A stretch of 64,000 nt of DNA from Spironucleus salmonicida (lineage: Eukaryota), in assembly GCF_000497125.1 (NCBI RefSeq), contig NC_090599.1, positions 62,001 through 126,000 on the forward strand, given 5' to 3'. The translations under genes were made by a program, and so were the position numbers. How positions within the stretch are numbered: the stretch's first letter is position 1; the number at the start of each line of letters is the position of its first letter. The notes beneath the pieces were generated by a model. That model had not been told where the DNA came from and did not search any database. It worked only from the letters and a program-made list of their open reading frames with translations. This document shows, piece after piece, positions 24,462-36,620 of the stretch.

Positions 24462-27400
24462 ATGGATATTATTCAAGGACTTTATTCTTAAGATGTACTA
24501 GTGTAATAAACCGCATTACAATAGTTAAATAATCTTAATGCATCATAAGTTCTTTAAATTTATATGCAGACACAAGATATTATTATATTATCCTGTTTGA
24601 AAGTGTAATAATTAAATAATAATGATTTTATCCACTTAGAGCAATCTATTCATACTGAAAAAATTTCTTAAATATTTGCATAATATGCTTGTATCTGTTA
24701 ATAAAATTTCGATTTTATTTACAATTTTCTGTAATAATTGAAAAATATAAAATTGTAAATTTACATTATTAAAGAACTACTACAATTACGTATTTCATAA
24801 ACATAGTAAATATATGAATTTTCTGTTACATTATAAATTCACGATTTTGATGACTAATTAGTTATTCTAGATTGTACTTCACAATATTGTCAGTTAAATC
24901 CAAAACATTTCGAATATCTATTGACAGAACAGTTCTTACTACAAGGTATCGAAGATAAAAATATTTAAAAATTTGCTATAGTTATTAATTAGATATTTAA
25001 TAAGTTCAAGTATTCTTCTAAAGAGTGTCGCGATAGCTCCTTGTTAAAATAAACATTTTTATTTTTGATTTAACATTTAAATTGTGAACATTATTATAAA
25101 TATGGCATTATTATGATATCAACTTTATTTTTAGTCATGTAAAATCGTCATTTATACTTTTTTGATTTATATGTGAGCTATTTAAAATTCTCCATATTTG
25201 TTTTATCTAATTTTAATCATTTTAATTGCCATTTGATTATACCTAGTTTAATTAAATTATATGAGTCAAGATAAATTTAATAGTGTAGAAATATATATTA
25301 TTAATTAGTTAATGATAATAAAAGACTCGAATAATATTAAACTTTAACTATTATGATTTAACCTAGTTTAAATACAATAGGTTTAACCTTAAATGAAATA
25401 TAAGATTATGATGAGAATATTGATATCTTAACTATTTAGCTTTTAAAAATATTATCTGCACATGTAGATAAAAGAAGTATACAAGGATTAGTTAAAATTA
25501 ATAATTTCTTTGAAAATGATTGTAACTTATAATCACATGAATAGTTATTGTATCTGGAATATAATACTATAGATCCTTTATTTTGGTAAGATTGGTTTGG
25601 ATAATTCAGAGGGTAAGTTACATAGCTTATTAGTAAAATTGCAATAGTATATCCATAACAATGTTTAAATTTCTGTAAGGATATATTAACAGAATCATGG
25701 CGTCAAATTTCGTTTTGTAACAGGATGGTAACTATGAAAGATGATGAATACTTAAATATAGATTTAGCAATCGTATTTACTGATCCTATTATTTAAACTA
25801 TTATGAAACTAATGTTAAACGAAAACGACTATGTCAAGTAAACATTATTAAATCTTGATACATATTAACTTGTAGTAGATTTGCTTTTGATCGACTAATT
25901 CAAATAACCTGTTATTATATATAAAACACTAAGTACAGCATGCTAAATACCTAGGTTTATCACAAAAATTGAGCAATCTATTTTAATGGAAACTAATACA
26001 AAATAATAATTACCCTTCAATAATTAGAAATAATTATTATACAAGTATTAGATGTTTTGTTCTATATTGATCAAGAAAACTATTACTAAACTTTTTGAGA
26101 ATATTAACTTTAGATTATAAGATGAATAGTCCACTGAAGCTGAATATTTATTTTAAAATTTATCATAAGATACATTAGCTCTTAGACGAATGATAGTTAC
26201 AAAACTTAATTCATATCTTTAATCAAAGTAAATATGTATTTTATTAACAGATATAAAAGAAAATCCCGATACAGTGGACTACAATTTTGATTTACTAAGT
26301 TAATTTGTTAATTTTATTGAGGACCTTAAGATCTAATAAGTTATTACAGAGACCGAAATACTTAATCTTAATCTATGTCAGCTATCTATCCTTATTAATA
26401 TATAGACTATTGATTCTTTATCCTCAACAGCTGAGTAATTTAAAGAAAGACTTAATATAATGTTAAATAATATTATCTCTGATCTAGAATTATATTTTAG
26501 TTAAAAATTAAACTTACAAGCATTAGAAAATTTGCAATTTTTTAGTTAATTTTTTAGCTTAAACAACACAACATTTGATTTGATCTCTAAAGAGTCTATC
26601 CAAATAAAAAGATAATTTTTATTTAAAATTAATGAGGCATTAATTATTATTCCAAGAATCACCTAACTAATTAAAAGCCAACAGCTTATTGATATATTGT
26701 AAAATATTTTTACCGTTATCACTAAATTTATAAATAATGCAATCGCATAATCTTCTTATTTAAAGTATTAAAGTTAATCATTTGTTTACAATAATTCACC
26801 TTTAAAAGTCAATTTAGTTTAATCAACATAGTAATATTTGCAAATCGATATGGATTCTATTCAAACTACTAGTACTGAAATTAGTTATAATTTAGAATGG
26901 TTAGAGAATTGTATCTCAATGGGAATATAGTTACTTATATTTTGTAACCAACATTCTAATATATTATAAATACTAAATCATACACTTAATTACAATATAC
27001 CCTTTTCTATACTAAAAACACTTTTTGATAAACTCAATAAAATTACCTTTATCCAGCTTCCACAACCTTTGTTGTAAACTTTTCTGACAACAATAATTCA
27101 ATTTTATACTTATTTCTACGACCCGCAAAGTTTTCTGTTGAAAATTGATTAAAAAAATCCATATTATTAAATTTTTAATACATTCGTCTAATCACTTCCG
27201 ATTAATGATAAGCATCCAAATTTTAACTAGATTTTAGTACTCCATAATAAAATCACATAAGAACAACTTGAATCAACAATGTTTTCAATTTAGTAAGCTA
27301 CTGCTAGATCTTTCTTAGAGCTTTTATCTTCTATATTCTATGATCCAACATAAAAATCATAAACATGTATTTCACTAACTGGTTTCAATTTATAGATCTT

Positions 27401-27680
27401 ACTTCTTCTCCAATTTATTGAAAACAAGCCACAACGTATTTTCGGTTTGTTGGAGTAGCTCAATTTCGAAGAACCAATTAATGAGCTGTGCCTAGCTATA
27501 TTAATGCATGTCACTCTAGATTCTTAATTGTTAAGTTAGTCAGTATCAATATTTTCTCGTAATTTTAAATTTTTCAATTAAATTTCGAACTTTATTGACG
27601 TCTCTAAAATAGACCAAACTAGTTTACGCGGAATGAAGCAATCAATTGGGATACTGTTAAGAGCAAAAGGTTTTGGGTGA
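24462..27680 (+). CDS. HEAT-repeat karyopherin-beta, exportin-like (possibly Xpo5/Msn5)
   Basis: 1072-aa helical ORF. The segment WQDWFGQFRGQVTQLISKIAIVYP resembles exportin-5; CACTCC motif lies just upstream of the ATG. Confidence 0.5.
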
Positions 27681-27883
27681 GTGAATTTATAATATTTACG
27701 TTATTTATCCTTTTTCACTTAATATTGGAAATTCCACTTTTCCTTTATCAACTGATATTTCACATTAATTAAGTCATAACTTAAACACTAACCAATAAAT
27801 ATTATTTATTAGTAGATTACTTAACTAAACTATTTTCCTTCCTCAAATATCAATACCAATTTCTCTCACTTTCATTAAACCTC

Positions 27884-29863
27884 TCATATATAAAAATCAA
27901 CATCCTCTACAACATTTTTACTCTCTAACTTTAGCTTCCTCTCTAATTCACATTATACAACCGTCCTCTTTTTATCACCACAAAAAGTTCTCTCAACTAC
28001 CGGTCGAGCGACTAATTTCCGCTTCTTATCACGCATTTCTCGTATTTTTTACTTTTCTAAGTTCACCATACCGGCCATCTGTAACTCACGTGCTTTAGCT
28101 CCGCGAGCTTCCTCACGCCGCAATTTTGCGAGCTCACGTCTTGAAATCTCATGAGTTTTCGTCGTAAACTTCAAGAATTATGCTTACAAATTGTCCAAAC
28201 GAACTTCATAATTTGTTAAAATAGTATTTGAATGAAGTGAAAAGTCTTAAGTAGAAATAACTCTCGCCGCCAATGCCGCTGAAACTATCGCAAAATGTGT
28301 GAATTCTAATTCTGATATTAATTTATCAAGATATATTTCATCAATTGAATGATACATAGAAAGATCATAAATAAACGCTTCTGTAGAATGAGCAAGCAAA
28401 AGCATTGATTTTTAATCAGAATTTGATCTGCTTTTCAGCTAATTATGAATTTCATTCACTTTTGTCTGAAGGATAGTCTCGACATGGAGAAATTATTATA
28501 GCTATAAGTTTTAGAGCTGAGAATTTTCCTCAATTTAAAATTAAAGATCTTGCAAATTGCTTGTTCGAATCAAGTTTGTCTATTCAAGAAGCTAAATATT
28601 TTGATTGAAATCAAGTGCCTGTTAGAAAATAAGTTGTGGATGCTAACTTACTGACTATCTGAGAAGCAATATTGCCTCTGAAATAGTCTAGTCTTGATTT
28701 GGTGTACTGATACTGTATTTTTCAAATAGAATCTCAGTAGATTAGGTTTATTTGCTAATATCAGTTAATTCAATCTATTCCGTATGATAATCTTGTGTAG
28801 TTCTAACAGTTTTATCTTCTGGGGAACTTGTACAATGTTTTGTTGCAGTTAAATTTTTATCTTAAACTTCTAAAATAATAGGTAATCTTATATTTTTCAT
28901 CATTGGGAAGTTTTCATAAATTTTAGCCAAAAATTCTTCAAAGTTAAAGTCTATTTAGACAACATTTTCGTTAATTTAATCATTTTATGAAAACTAAAAA
29001 TACTATTTCGACTTTTAAAGTATGTCCTTTTATCGTAATATATAATATTTATCAATAGGTTGTTTACCTATTTCCTACTTTTTTGTTAATATCTATCTAC
29101 TATTTGGCTTTCTTTGCTGGTCTTATGATATTTATTTGCCTTATTTTCTCAATGTAATAGAATTCTAATCAAAATCTTTCATTTTTTAATCCTTATCATC
29201 TATAAGCTACTATGCTTCCTAAGATGTAGGACCCATATTAGCAACTTTCCAGATCAAATCTCGTGCTTTCACATGTAACTGGAGATATTGGATCTCTCTA
29301 TTAATTTCGATAAAGACAGCACTTAAAACTTAGTTTAAATCCTCAATTTTCATATTACAAAGCTCTAAAGTCTAATTACTTTACTCATTTATATTATTAA
29401 AGTTCTGAGTGTATTCATCACGTTCACGAATACGTGTTTCCTCGTCAATTTCCTTTTATAATAGTATTTTTTCTTGTTTTAGTAAAAAATTCATTTTATT
29501 AATAACTTCTGAGTTAAGTACTGCGATTTCACTTTCTTTCATAGCAATTTGCATACTAATTCGTGCCACTGCACGTGTCTTATCAACGAACGATTTTATC
29601 CCTTCGGACTGTCGTGGTCTAAAAGATTATGGAAGTACTGGTATATTTTATTTCATATTTTTATAATTCATAGGATTTTCTGTTCCGAATATGGCTTTGT
29701 CCTCTCTACGCAATTAGGCAGCATTAAGAATAGATTTCTACTTCATAATTCTAGTTTTTTCTGCTATTGGCAAGCTAAAGTAGTTTTATTTAGCAGTGAA
29801 TGCTGATTTTACGCGTGGTTACTGTGCAGTTACCGCAAATGGATTCATCTCTGACTCGCTCAT
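27884..29863 (-). CDS. CFAP100/CCDC37-like (DUF4200) coiled-coil flagellar protein
   Basis: 659 aa; N-terminal NPF, IKSFVDKTRAVARISMQIAMKESEI, basic C-terminus KKRKLVARP. Confidence 0.55.
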
Positions 29864-29933
29864 AATTAATTTTTAGAATATTGTTACTTATAGAATATAT
29901 TAATATTAAAATCGTTCCGTATTCCATTTCTAA

Positions 29934-31460
29934 ATGACTTGGGCATCGCTCGATTTAGATCAACGCGTAATCGATGTTCTATAGGGTTTAGAGTACATTA
30001 ACCCATTGATTTCCTAATTAGAATCTATTCCTCATATTCTTTCTGGAAATGATGTTTTCGTGCACAGTCCAACTGGAAGTGGGAAAACTATCATCATCCT
30101 AGCCACAATATTATAATAACTAGTCCAACAACCTGACTTCTAAACTGTTATCCTAGTACCAACGCACGAACTGGCGAGTTAAACATTTACTGTTTTCAGA
30201 GAAACACTCGAAATCGCAAAGTAGTAGAATATTTCTTATAAAACTTCTCTTCTTTTAGATGAACAGTCTCTTATTCTTCCGTTTTCGAATATTGTTATTT
30301 CCACTCCTTTTTTGCTGTCTAAAAATCTTTTTACTTATGAAAAAACAGGATTTTTGGTTATTGATGAAGCAGATTTGATGCTACAAATGATGTAAGAAAC
30401 TGCTTTGCGATCAATTTTAGCTAAAATATCAGCGAAAACACAGAAAACACTATTATCTGCTAGTCTGGATGATGATGTCGAAAACTTCAAATTATTTTCG
30501 CTTAGATCACCTATTCTAGTCAATCTGTCTGCAGCAAAAGAAGTAGGTGGTAACTAAATATAGTAATATTTCATTAATTATGTGGATACAACTGAAAAAT
30601 TTCTTTATCTATATTCTCTTACGAAATTAAGATTGTTACAGGGAAATATCATTATATTTGCTAAATCTTAAAAATAAGGCTATAGAATTCATTTATTTTT
30701 AAAAACTTTTTCTATGAATTCTATCGTTTTTGACCCCAAAATGCCTCAAAATATTCGTCTTTAAACTTTAAGCGATTTCAACGTAAAAGGTGGTATATTT
30801 ATTATAGCTGGAAAGTCGGAGGAAGTTGACGCATCTAGGGGTCTAGACTTGAATAAAATTGATTTTGTAATTGCTTTTAACTGCTATTCCTCAGCAATTG
30901 ATTATTAACACGCTATTGGTCGTTGCTGTAGAGGTATAAACAAGAATGGTAGCTCTTATTTGTTCGTAGAATACGGGAAAGATGATGCAAATTTAGTAAC
31001 AATTTAGAACTCATTAAAAGAATAGTTTTAGTCAATTGAGTTGTTCCCATTAGAATTATCAGAATTATAGGCATTTAAATATCGCGTTAGAGATGTTATA
31101 AACAGATATGATGATAAAGCAGTAAAAGTTCATATTACATAATAGGTTAAACAACATATTTTATAATCGGATCATTTAAAATCATTAGTGTAATCAGAAA
31201 TTGATCAGACAATGCTCAAAAAAATTAAAGGAAACAAAGTTTAATAAGTTGCATAACTACCAGACTATTTACTAAATGCAGCGAGAAGTTTGAAAGTAAA
31301 ATCCAAAGTAGGTAGTAGTGGTATGTCTGGATTTGCTACAATGGCTAGAAAAAGGAAAGAAGAAAATATGAAAAAGAAAAAAGACTTAAAGAAGGCCAAG
31401 ATTGCTGCAGCTTCTGGGTGGAAAAAAGATAAAGGTAGAATCGCTCCACCTCCAAAATGA
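29934..31460 (+). CDS. DBP9: DEAD-box RNA helicase Dbp9/DDX56
   Basis: PTGSGKT, LVPTHELA, LVIDEADLML, KFLYLYSLTKLRLLQG, GYRIHLFL, ASRGLD, AFKYRVRDV. Confidence 0.88.
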
Positions 31461-31504
31461 TTTCTTACATATGATATATATTGGTATATATTTTCCGCTC
31501 ACAA

Positions 31505-31918
31505 ATGAAGAATTAAGGCGATGTATACAAAGTTTTCTTCAGAAAATACTATAGACCTCTAGACGTTAAAAAACAAACACCCGAAGATAAAACTAAACTA
31601 GTGCAACTATAAAATAGTAAAAAATCTATAATCGAACTTTATCCAGTACCTCCAATGCCCGAATATCGAAAAAACAGCTCATCAAATTAAATTGATTATT
31701 CTGGTAGGTATTAATATTACTAAATTCTTAGTGAATCTGGTTACGAGGTTATGCCATAGCAGAAAAGAGGTTATAGTGCCACTTCAACCATGCGATAACA
31801 ATATTCGTCATAATCTCCTAATAGAAGTCTAAAATTAACATTTAGCGGAGAAAAATTTGTTTATAGGCCATCTACAGGTAAATCCTGTAATTCTAATACT
31901 TGCGATTAAACATATTGA
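31505..31918 (+). CDS. hypothetical protein
   Basis: 137-aa ORF filling the gap between neighbouring genes. Confidence 0.6.
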
Positions 31919-31964
31919 TGTGACTTTATATATGATATATATTAACTAATACATATTCTTGAAA

Positions 31965-32216
31965 ATGTAGGAAAACTTTTAGAAGTTAAATGAATTAGTA
32001 AGTTATACAAACTCCTTATCGTCGCTAGTAGCAGAAGATTTTAAATAGTTAATAGAAAAATCAATGATAGTTATAGCTAAGCAAGAATATTCAAACTAAG
32101 AGCTTATAGATGAATAATAACTGAAGCTAAAATCCGAGCAACTTATTTCATCAATAAAGTAATTATAATCTATTGGTGGTATAATCGATGTGCTTAACTC
32201 AGCTATGGCTGAATGA
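31965..32216 (+). CDS. small helical protein (weak Med22-like resemblance)
   Basis: 83-aa ORF ending GAA-TGA; two amphipathic helices. Confidence 0.55.
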
Positions 32217-32255
32217 ATTTTTCTATTATTATATAATATATTAATTTATTCAAAA

Positions 32256-33695
32256 ATGTAAAAGATTGAATCATCGGAATCTGATAGCTATTATTCTTAC
32301 TCGTATTCATATTCCTATTCTTACTCAGATAGCTGTTCTGAAACTGAAAAATAACTAAAAAGTCATAATTAAACGTCAAAACTTTAACTACCATTAAAAA
32401 ATGAAATTTAATAAGATATTGAATCTAATCGATTAACTGAGCAGGCAGTTGCAATTTCTACAGCTATATCAACAGCAATCTAATAGATAAATATTAATTA
32501 GTAACGCTCAGCTTCGCCAAATTTTGAAAATTCTCATTAAATTGAAATACTCTAATAAGAAAATTAAGACTCTAGAATAAAAATTGATATGCTATTAGAT
32601 CAAATAGTATTAAAAGATGAAGAAATTTCACAACTGAAGATATAGTTAAAGTTACCATAAGATTAAATTTAAGGAATATTAGTTCCATAAACGATAATAA
32701 AGCAAAAAGATGCGCCAATTCACTAACCACAACAAGTTAATTAAATTTAACTGCCTTAATATGATTCTATTGCTAAAAGTCCAAAGAAAAAAATAATTAA
32801 AGAATTAGAGTACTAAATAAACCCATAATTATAATAAGAATAATCAGAAATTTTGTAAAATAATAGAAGTAGATAATAATAATCAAGTATCTAATTTAAT
32901 TGGTAGACACTAGATAATGTAGATTAACATCAAAAATAAAATATAGAACCACCAGTCGAGCTTTATTAACAAAATACTGTTAGAAAAATAAATGTAAATG
33001 GAACAGTAAACCCAAACTAATAATAATAAAATTATCCAGAAATCATTGCCAAGCCTGAAGTTAGTTAACAATAATAAAGCAATTAATTAAAATAATCATC
33101 ATTGGCAACGGAATTACCAACAAATTCTCATCATGAAATATAATAGTAAGCCTTAAGTTAATAAGTTTCACATTAATAATATGACAGTACCGAGTAAGAA
33201 CCTATGAATGCTCTTTCTTTTGAAGATTTTATTAGATAAAAAGCTAAAATACAAGCATAATAAGAGATGGTATAAAAGTATTAAGATCTAAATAATGTAA
33301 AATAACTAGGTTTTCCCACTGAACAAAGTGAAAATCAAAATTTTGATAAAAATATTTATTTTAATGATGATAGCTAGGCATAAGTGAACTAATAAAAGAA
33401 TAAGGAGATAGGATAATTTTAATTAGCAGGAACTCAAGCAAAATAGATGATTCTTGGAATTGATAAGACAAATCCGAGGTTCAAGTTGTTTCAATAAATG
33501 GATTCGGATTACACAGGTCAACTTTAATAACTATAACTATCTAAGGATGAATAGAATAAATTGTACAATAAATAAAAACGAACACGCTAAGATATGTTAA
33601 GACTATAACACTTAGAATAACATATTGAGTCACTCTAATCAGACGTGGCCAGATCAAAAAGATAATTAAAATAATTAGAAAAAGAATTTTAGTGA
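32256..33695 (+). CDS. Gln-rich protein with N-terminal (YS)6 tract and C-terminal coiled coil
   Basis: 479-aa ORF ending TAG-TGA. Confidence 0.75.
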
Positions 33696-33706
33696 AGGAA
33701 CTTATA

Positions 33707-35446
33707 TCACATTTCATCCCAATCAATATCTTCAGCAACATTTTGTTATTATATATCAATTTTTGGTTGCTATGGTACAGGTTTAAATAAAGATTCTGGC
33801 CTTGCGCTTTATTATACAGTGCTAAATCTATCTCTACCATTGCCACCTCTGTCTCTTCTATCATTGCTACCATAGTCTCTTCTTTCAACATACGCACTTT
33901 TTTCTCTTCTATCTCCATTATCTCTAGATCCTCTAAAATTATTCCTTGATAATAATCCTTATAAATCTTCAGAAATTTCACCTCCATTCTCTTTTATTTA
34001 CTAAGAAATATAAGTTATTAGATTATAATCTACTGGAGTTGTAACAAATGAAATAGCCACACCAGCAGTGCCTACACGTCCAGTTCTACCTATTCTATGT
34101 GTGTAGTCTTCTGTCTTTTTAGGTAAATCATAATTTATTACAAGACCAATACCTGATAAATCAATCCCACGCTGAGCAACATCAGTGCAAATTAGTATTC
34201 TAGATCCTGCTTTAAATCTAGACATAGCCATTGTTCTCTCTTTTTATTCCATATCCCCATGCAGTTACTCAACACGAAGTTCTTTTTAATTCAATTCATA
34301 TGCCAAGTTTCCAGTTTTACGCTTTGTCTCTGTAAAAACTAAAATTTTTTATTCTTTATACTCTTCGATTAACTAAACCAACTATTCAAATTTTTAAGAT
34401 TCTTTTAGAACCATAACTTTTTATACTATTTATTTACAAACCCCAGAATCTCCAATTTTAACTTATACAACATTATTAGTATAGTCCTTAACAAAATGAA
34501 GTACAGCTGGTGGATTAGTTGCTGAAAATAATAAGGTCTATCTTTTAGTTGGCATAGTCTTGACAAGAGTTTTTACCTAAATCTCAAATCCATCTTCAAA
34601 GCAACGGTCCATTTCATCCAAAACTAAATATTTTACATCTTCAAAATTAATGACACTACTTTTTAAGAAATCATTTAATCTACCAGGTGTACCAATTAAA
34701 ATATCGCAACCTTATTTTAAGGGCTACATTTAGTCATATTTGGAATCTCCGCCATAAGCGATTCTTACTTTCAAATTTGTACCAAAAGACAGTCTATAAA
34801 AACTTAAAGTAGTCTATATGGCAAGTTCTCTTGTAGGAACAATAATAAGAGCTTTTGGTCTACATTACCTATCATGTTATTAATTATTTGTGATCAAATT
34901 TTAGATTATCGGTATAGCAAAGGCAGCTGTTTTACCAGCACCAGTATTAGCTAGTGCGAGTATATCGTGCTTAGCTTAAATAATAGGAATAGAACAAGTT
35001 TAAATAGGTGTCAATTAGCTATAATGGCAACGCGCCATATTCTTCATAATGATATCTGGAAGTTATAAATCGATGATACTTTCTGCATTTTTTGTGGGTA
35101 ATATATTAGTAGGGAATGTTATGTCTTATTTCATACCATCAAATGATTCATAAATTGCCCTTTTTTCAATATCAAAAAGAACTCTTTCTATTGGAGGATA
35201 AATCATAGCCTCAGAGGCTGTCAAACCGCCACCAACTGTTTTAAGTTAGTTAAATCCGTCAAAATTTCTTGGTTATTAAGAATTTTAAGAGGTGTAAGAC
35301 TACTATTTATATGAACTATTCTATGCTGGTTTGAAAGCCTGCTTCTATGGTACATAAATATTAGATGTTACCTATCCAGATTCAAGTTGTTATCTAAGTT
35401 GTGGAGGCACATAAATGCCTGGGTTATTGTCATTTTTATCTGTCAT
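33707..35446 (-). CDS. DED1: DEAD-box RNA helicase Ded1/DDX3 family
   Basis: N-terminal [54 protein letters not shown]-rich tail. Confidence 0.88.
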
Positions 35447-35512
35447 TTTTTCGAATGGAAATGGGAGTGGTTTAGAGGAAGATAAGTTATATTATTATGT
35501 AATTATATATAC
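35447..35512 (-). promoter_or_regulatory. TATA-like tract plus CCACTCC element upstream of DED1
   Basis: Minus strand reads ...atataattacataataatataacttatcttcctctaaaCCACTCCcatttccattcgaaaaa-ATG. Confidence 0.5.
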
Positions 35513-35585
35513 TTAAAGTTCAGCTACAAATAAAAAGTATCAAATTGATATTTGCTGTAGACTATTTACAAAGAAAAAATTCAAA

Positions 35586-36506
35586 TCATTCGTGTAATTT
35601 ATTATGTATTTGTTGATAATTTTTATATTGAAGCTCTGACTGTAGTTATTTCCATTCTTTGCGTTGTTTTAGGTTATCTCGCACCTCTTCTGAAGAAATT
35701 TTTTTATCTATTTTTTCGCCTATTTTCTTGCACCCAGTTTCTTTCTTCAAATATCTAGATGAATCTCGTGTATTATAAGGTGCAGGATTATTTTTTGTTT
35801 CAGGTAACTCGAATCTGTTATAATACTAAGGAATAACACCATTCTTAGTGCTCAAAGTGCTCCCTTATATACACTATATTTAACCAGATTTTGCCAAATC
35901 TCCAAAAACTTACTGCACTACTGGTAATGTCTCTCGTGATGTTGAAATTTTAGTAGTCGGTTGCTGGCTTGGTGGTGATATATGATACTAGCCAGGTCCA
36001 GGAGTAACTTCTATATTGTGTTCATTAGCCATCGGTATATTTCCATGTTTTTTCTGTTATTGATGATTTTGAAATGCCAAAATATCATATTTACCAACCC
36101 CAGGGTTGGTGTTTTCATATTAAATTGAAATATGCTTATCGATAGTTCCTCCACTTTTCGAAAGTGATGATTTTTCGACTCTATACCGCCCAGGGCTAGG
36201 GTAATGTGGAGTTTTGACTTCTCGTCTTTAAGCTATTTTAGCCCCCATTTTAGAACTCGAAATCGAGTTATAATTAGAAGTATCATAAAAATCTGGAGTT
36301 TCAATTTACATATCAGCGAAGGTTCTGCGCCTAGTGAGAAACTATAACGATTTTTAAGGGACTGAGGATATGAATCTGGATGATGAAGAAAGAGATCTAG
36401 TGGAAAGTTCTAACTAAGATTATGTTAATCTTTTAGATCTCATATTAGACGCACTATAACTTTAGGGTGTTGGTATCAAATCTATAGCGTTAACTATATT
36501 TGACAT
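35586..36506 (-). CDS. SHIPPO/STPG (PGPGxY) repeat protein, ODF3-like
   Basis: PSPGRY, NPGVGKY, TPGPGQY and NPAPY repeats. Confidence 0.75.
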
Positions 36507-36620
36507 TTATATTGGCAAAAATATATATAAGTGTAGTTAATAATAATATTTATTGTTATATTTTTTATTAAACAAGTTCTTATCTAAAACGTTTCGCTAA
36601 TAAATCACTGTAACAGTGTT

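Noticed and set aside
24420-24464. TGA readthrough or selenocysteine linking in-frame tandem ORFs (also 32214-32258; both gaps are 39 nt)
   Set aside because: The gaps look like ordinary AT-rich promoters (TATA-like; CACTCC in the first), both downstream ORFs have their own ATG, and I saw no redox motif or SECIS.
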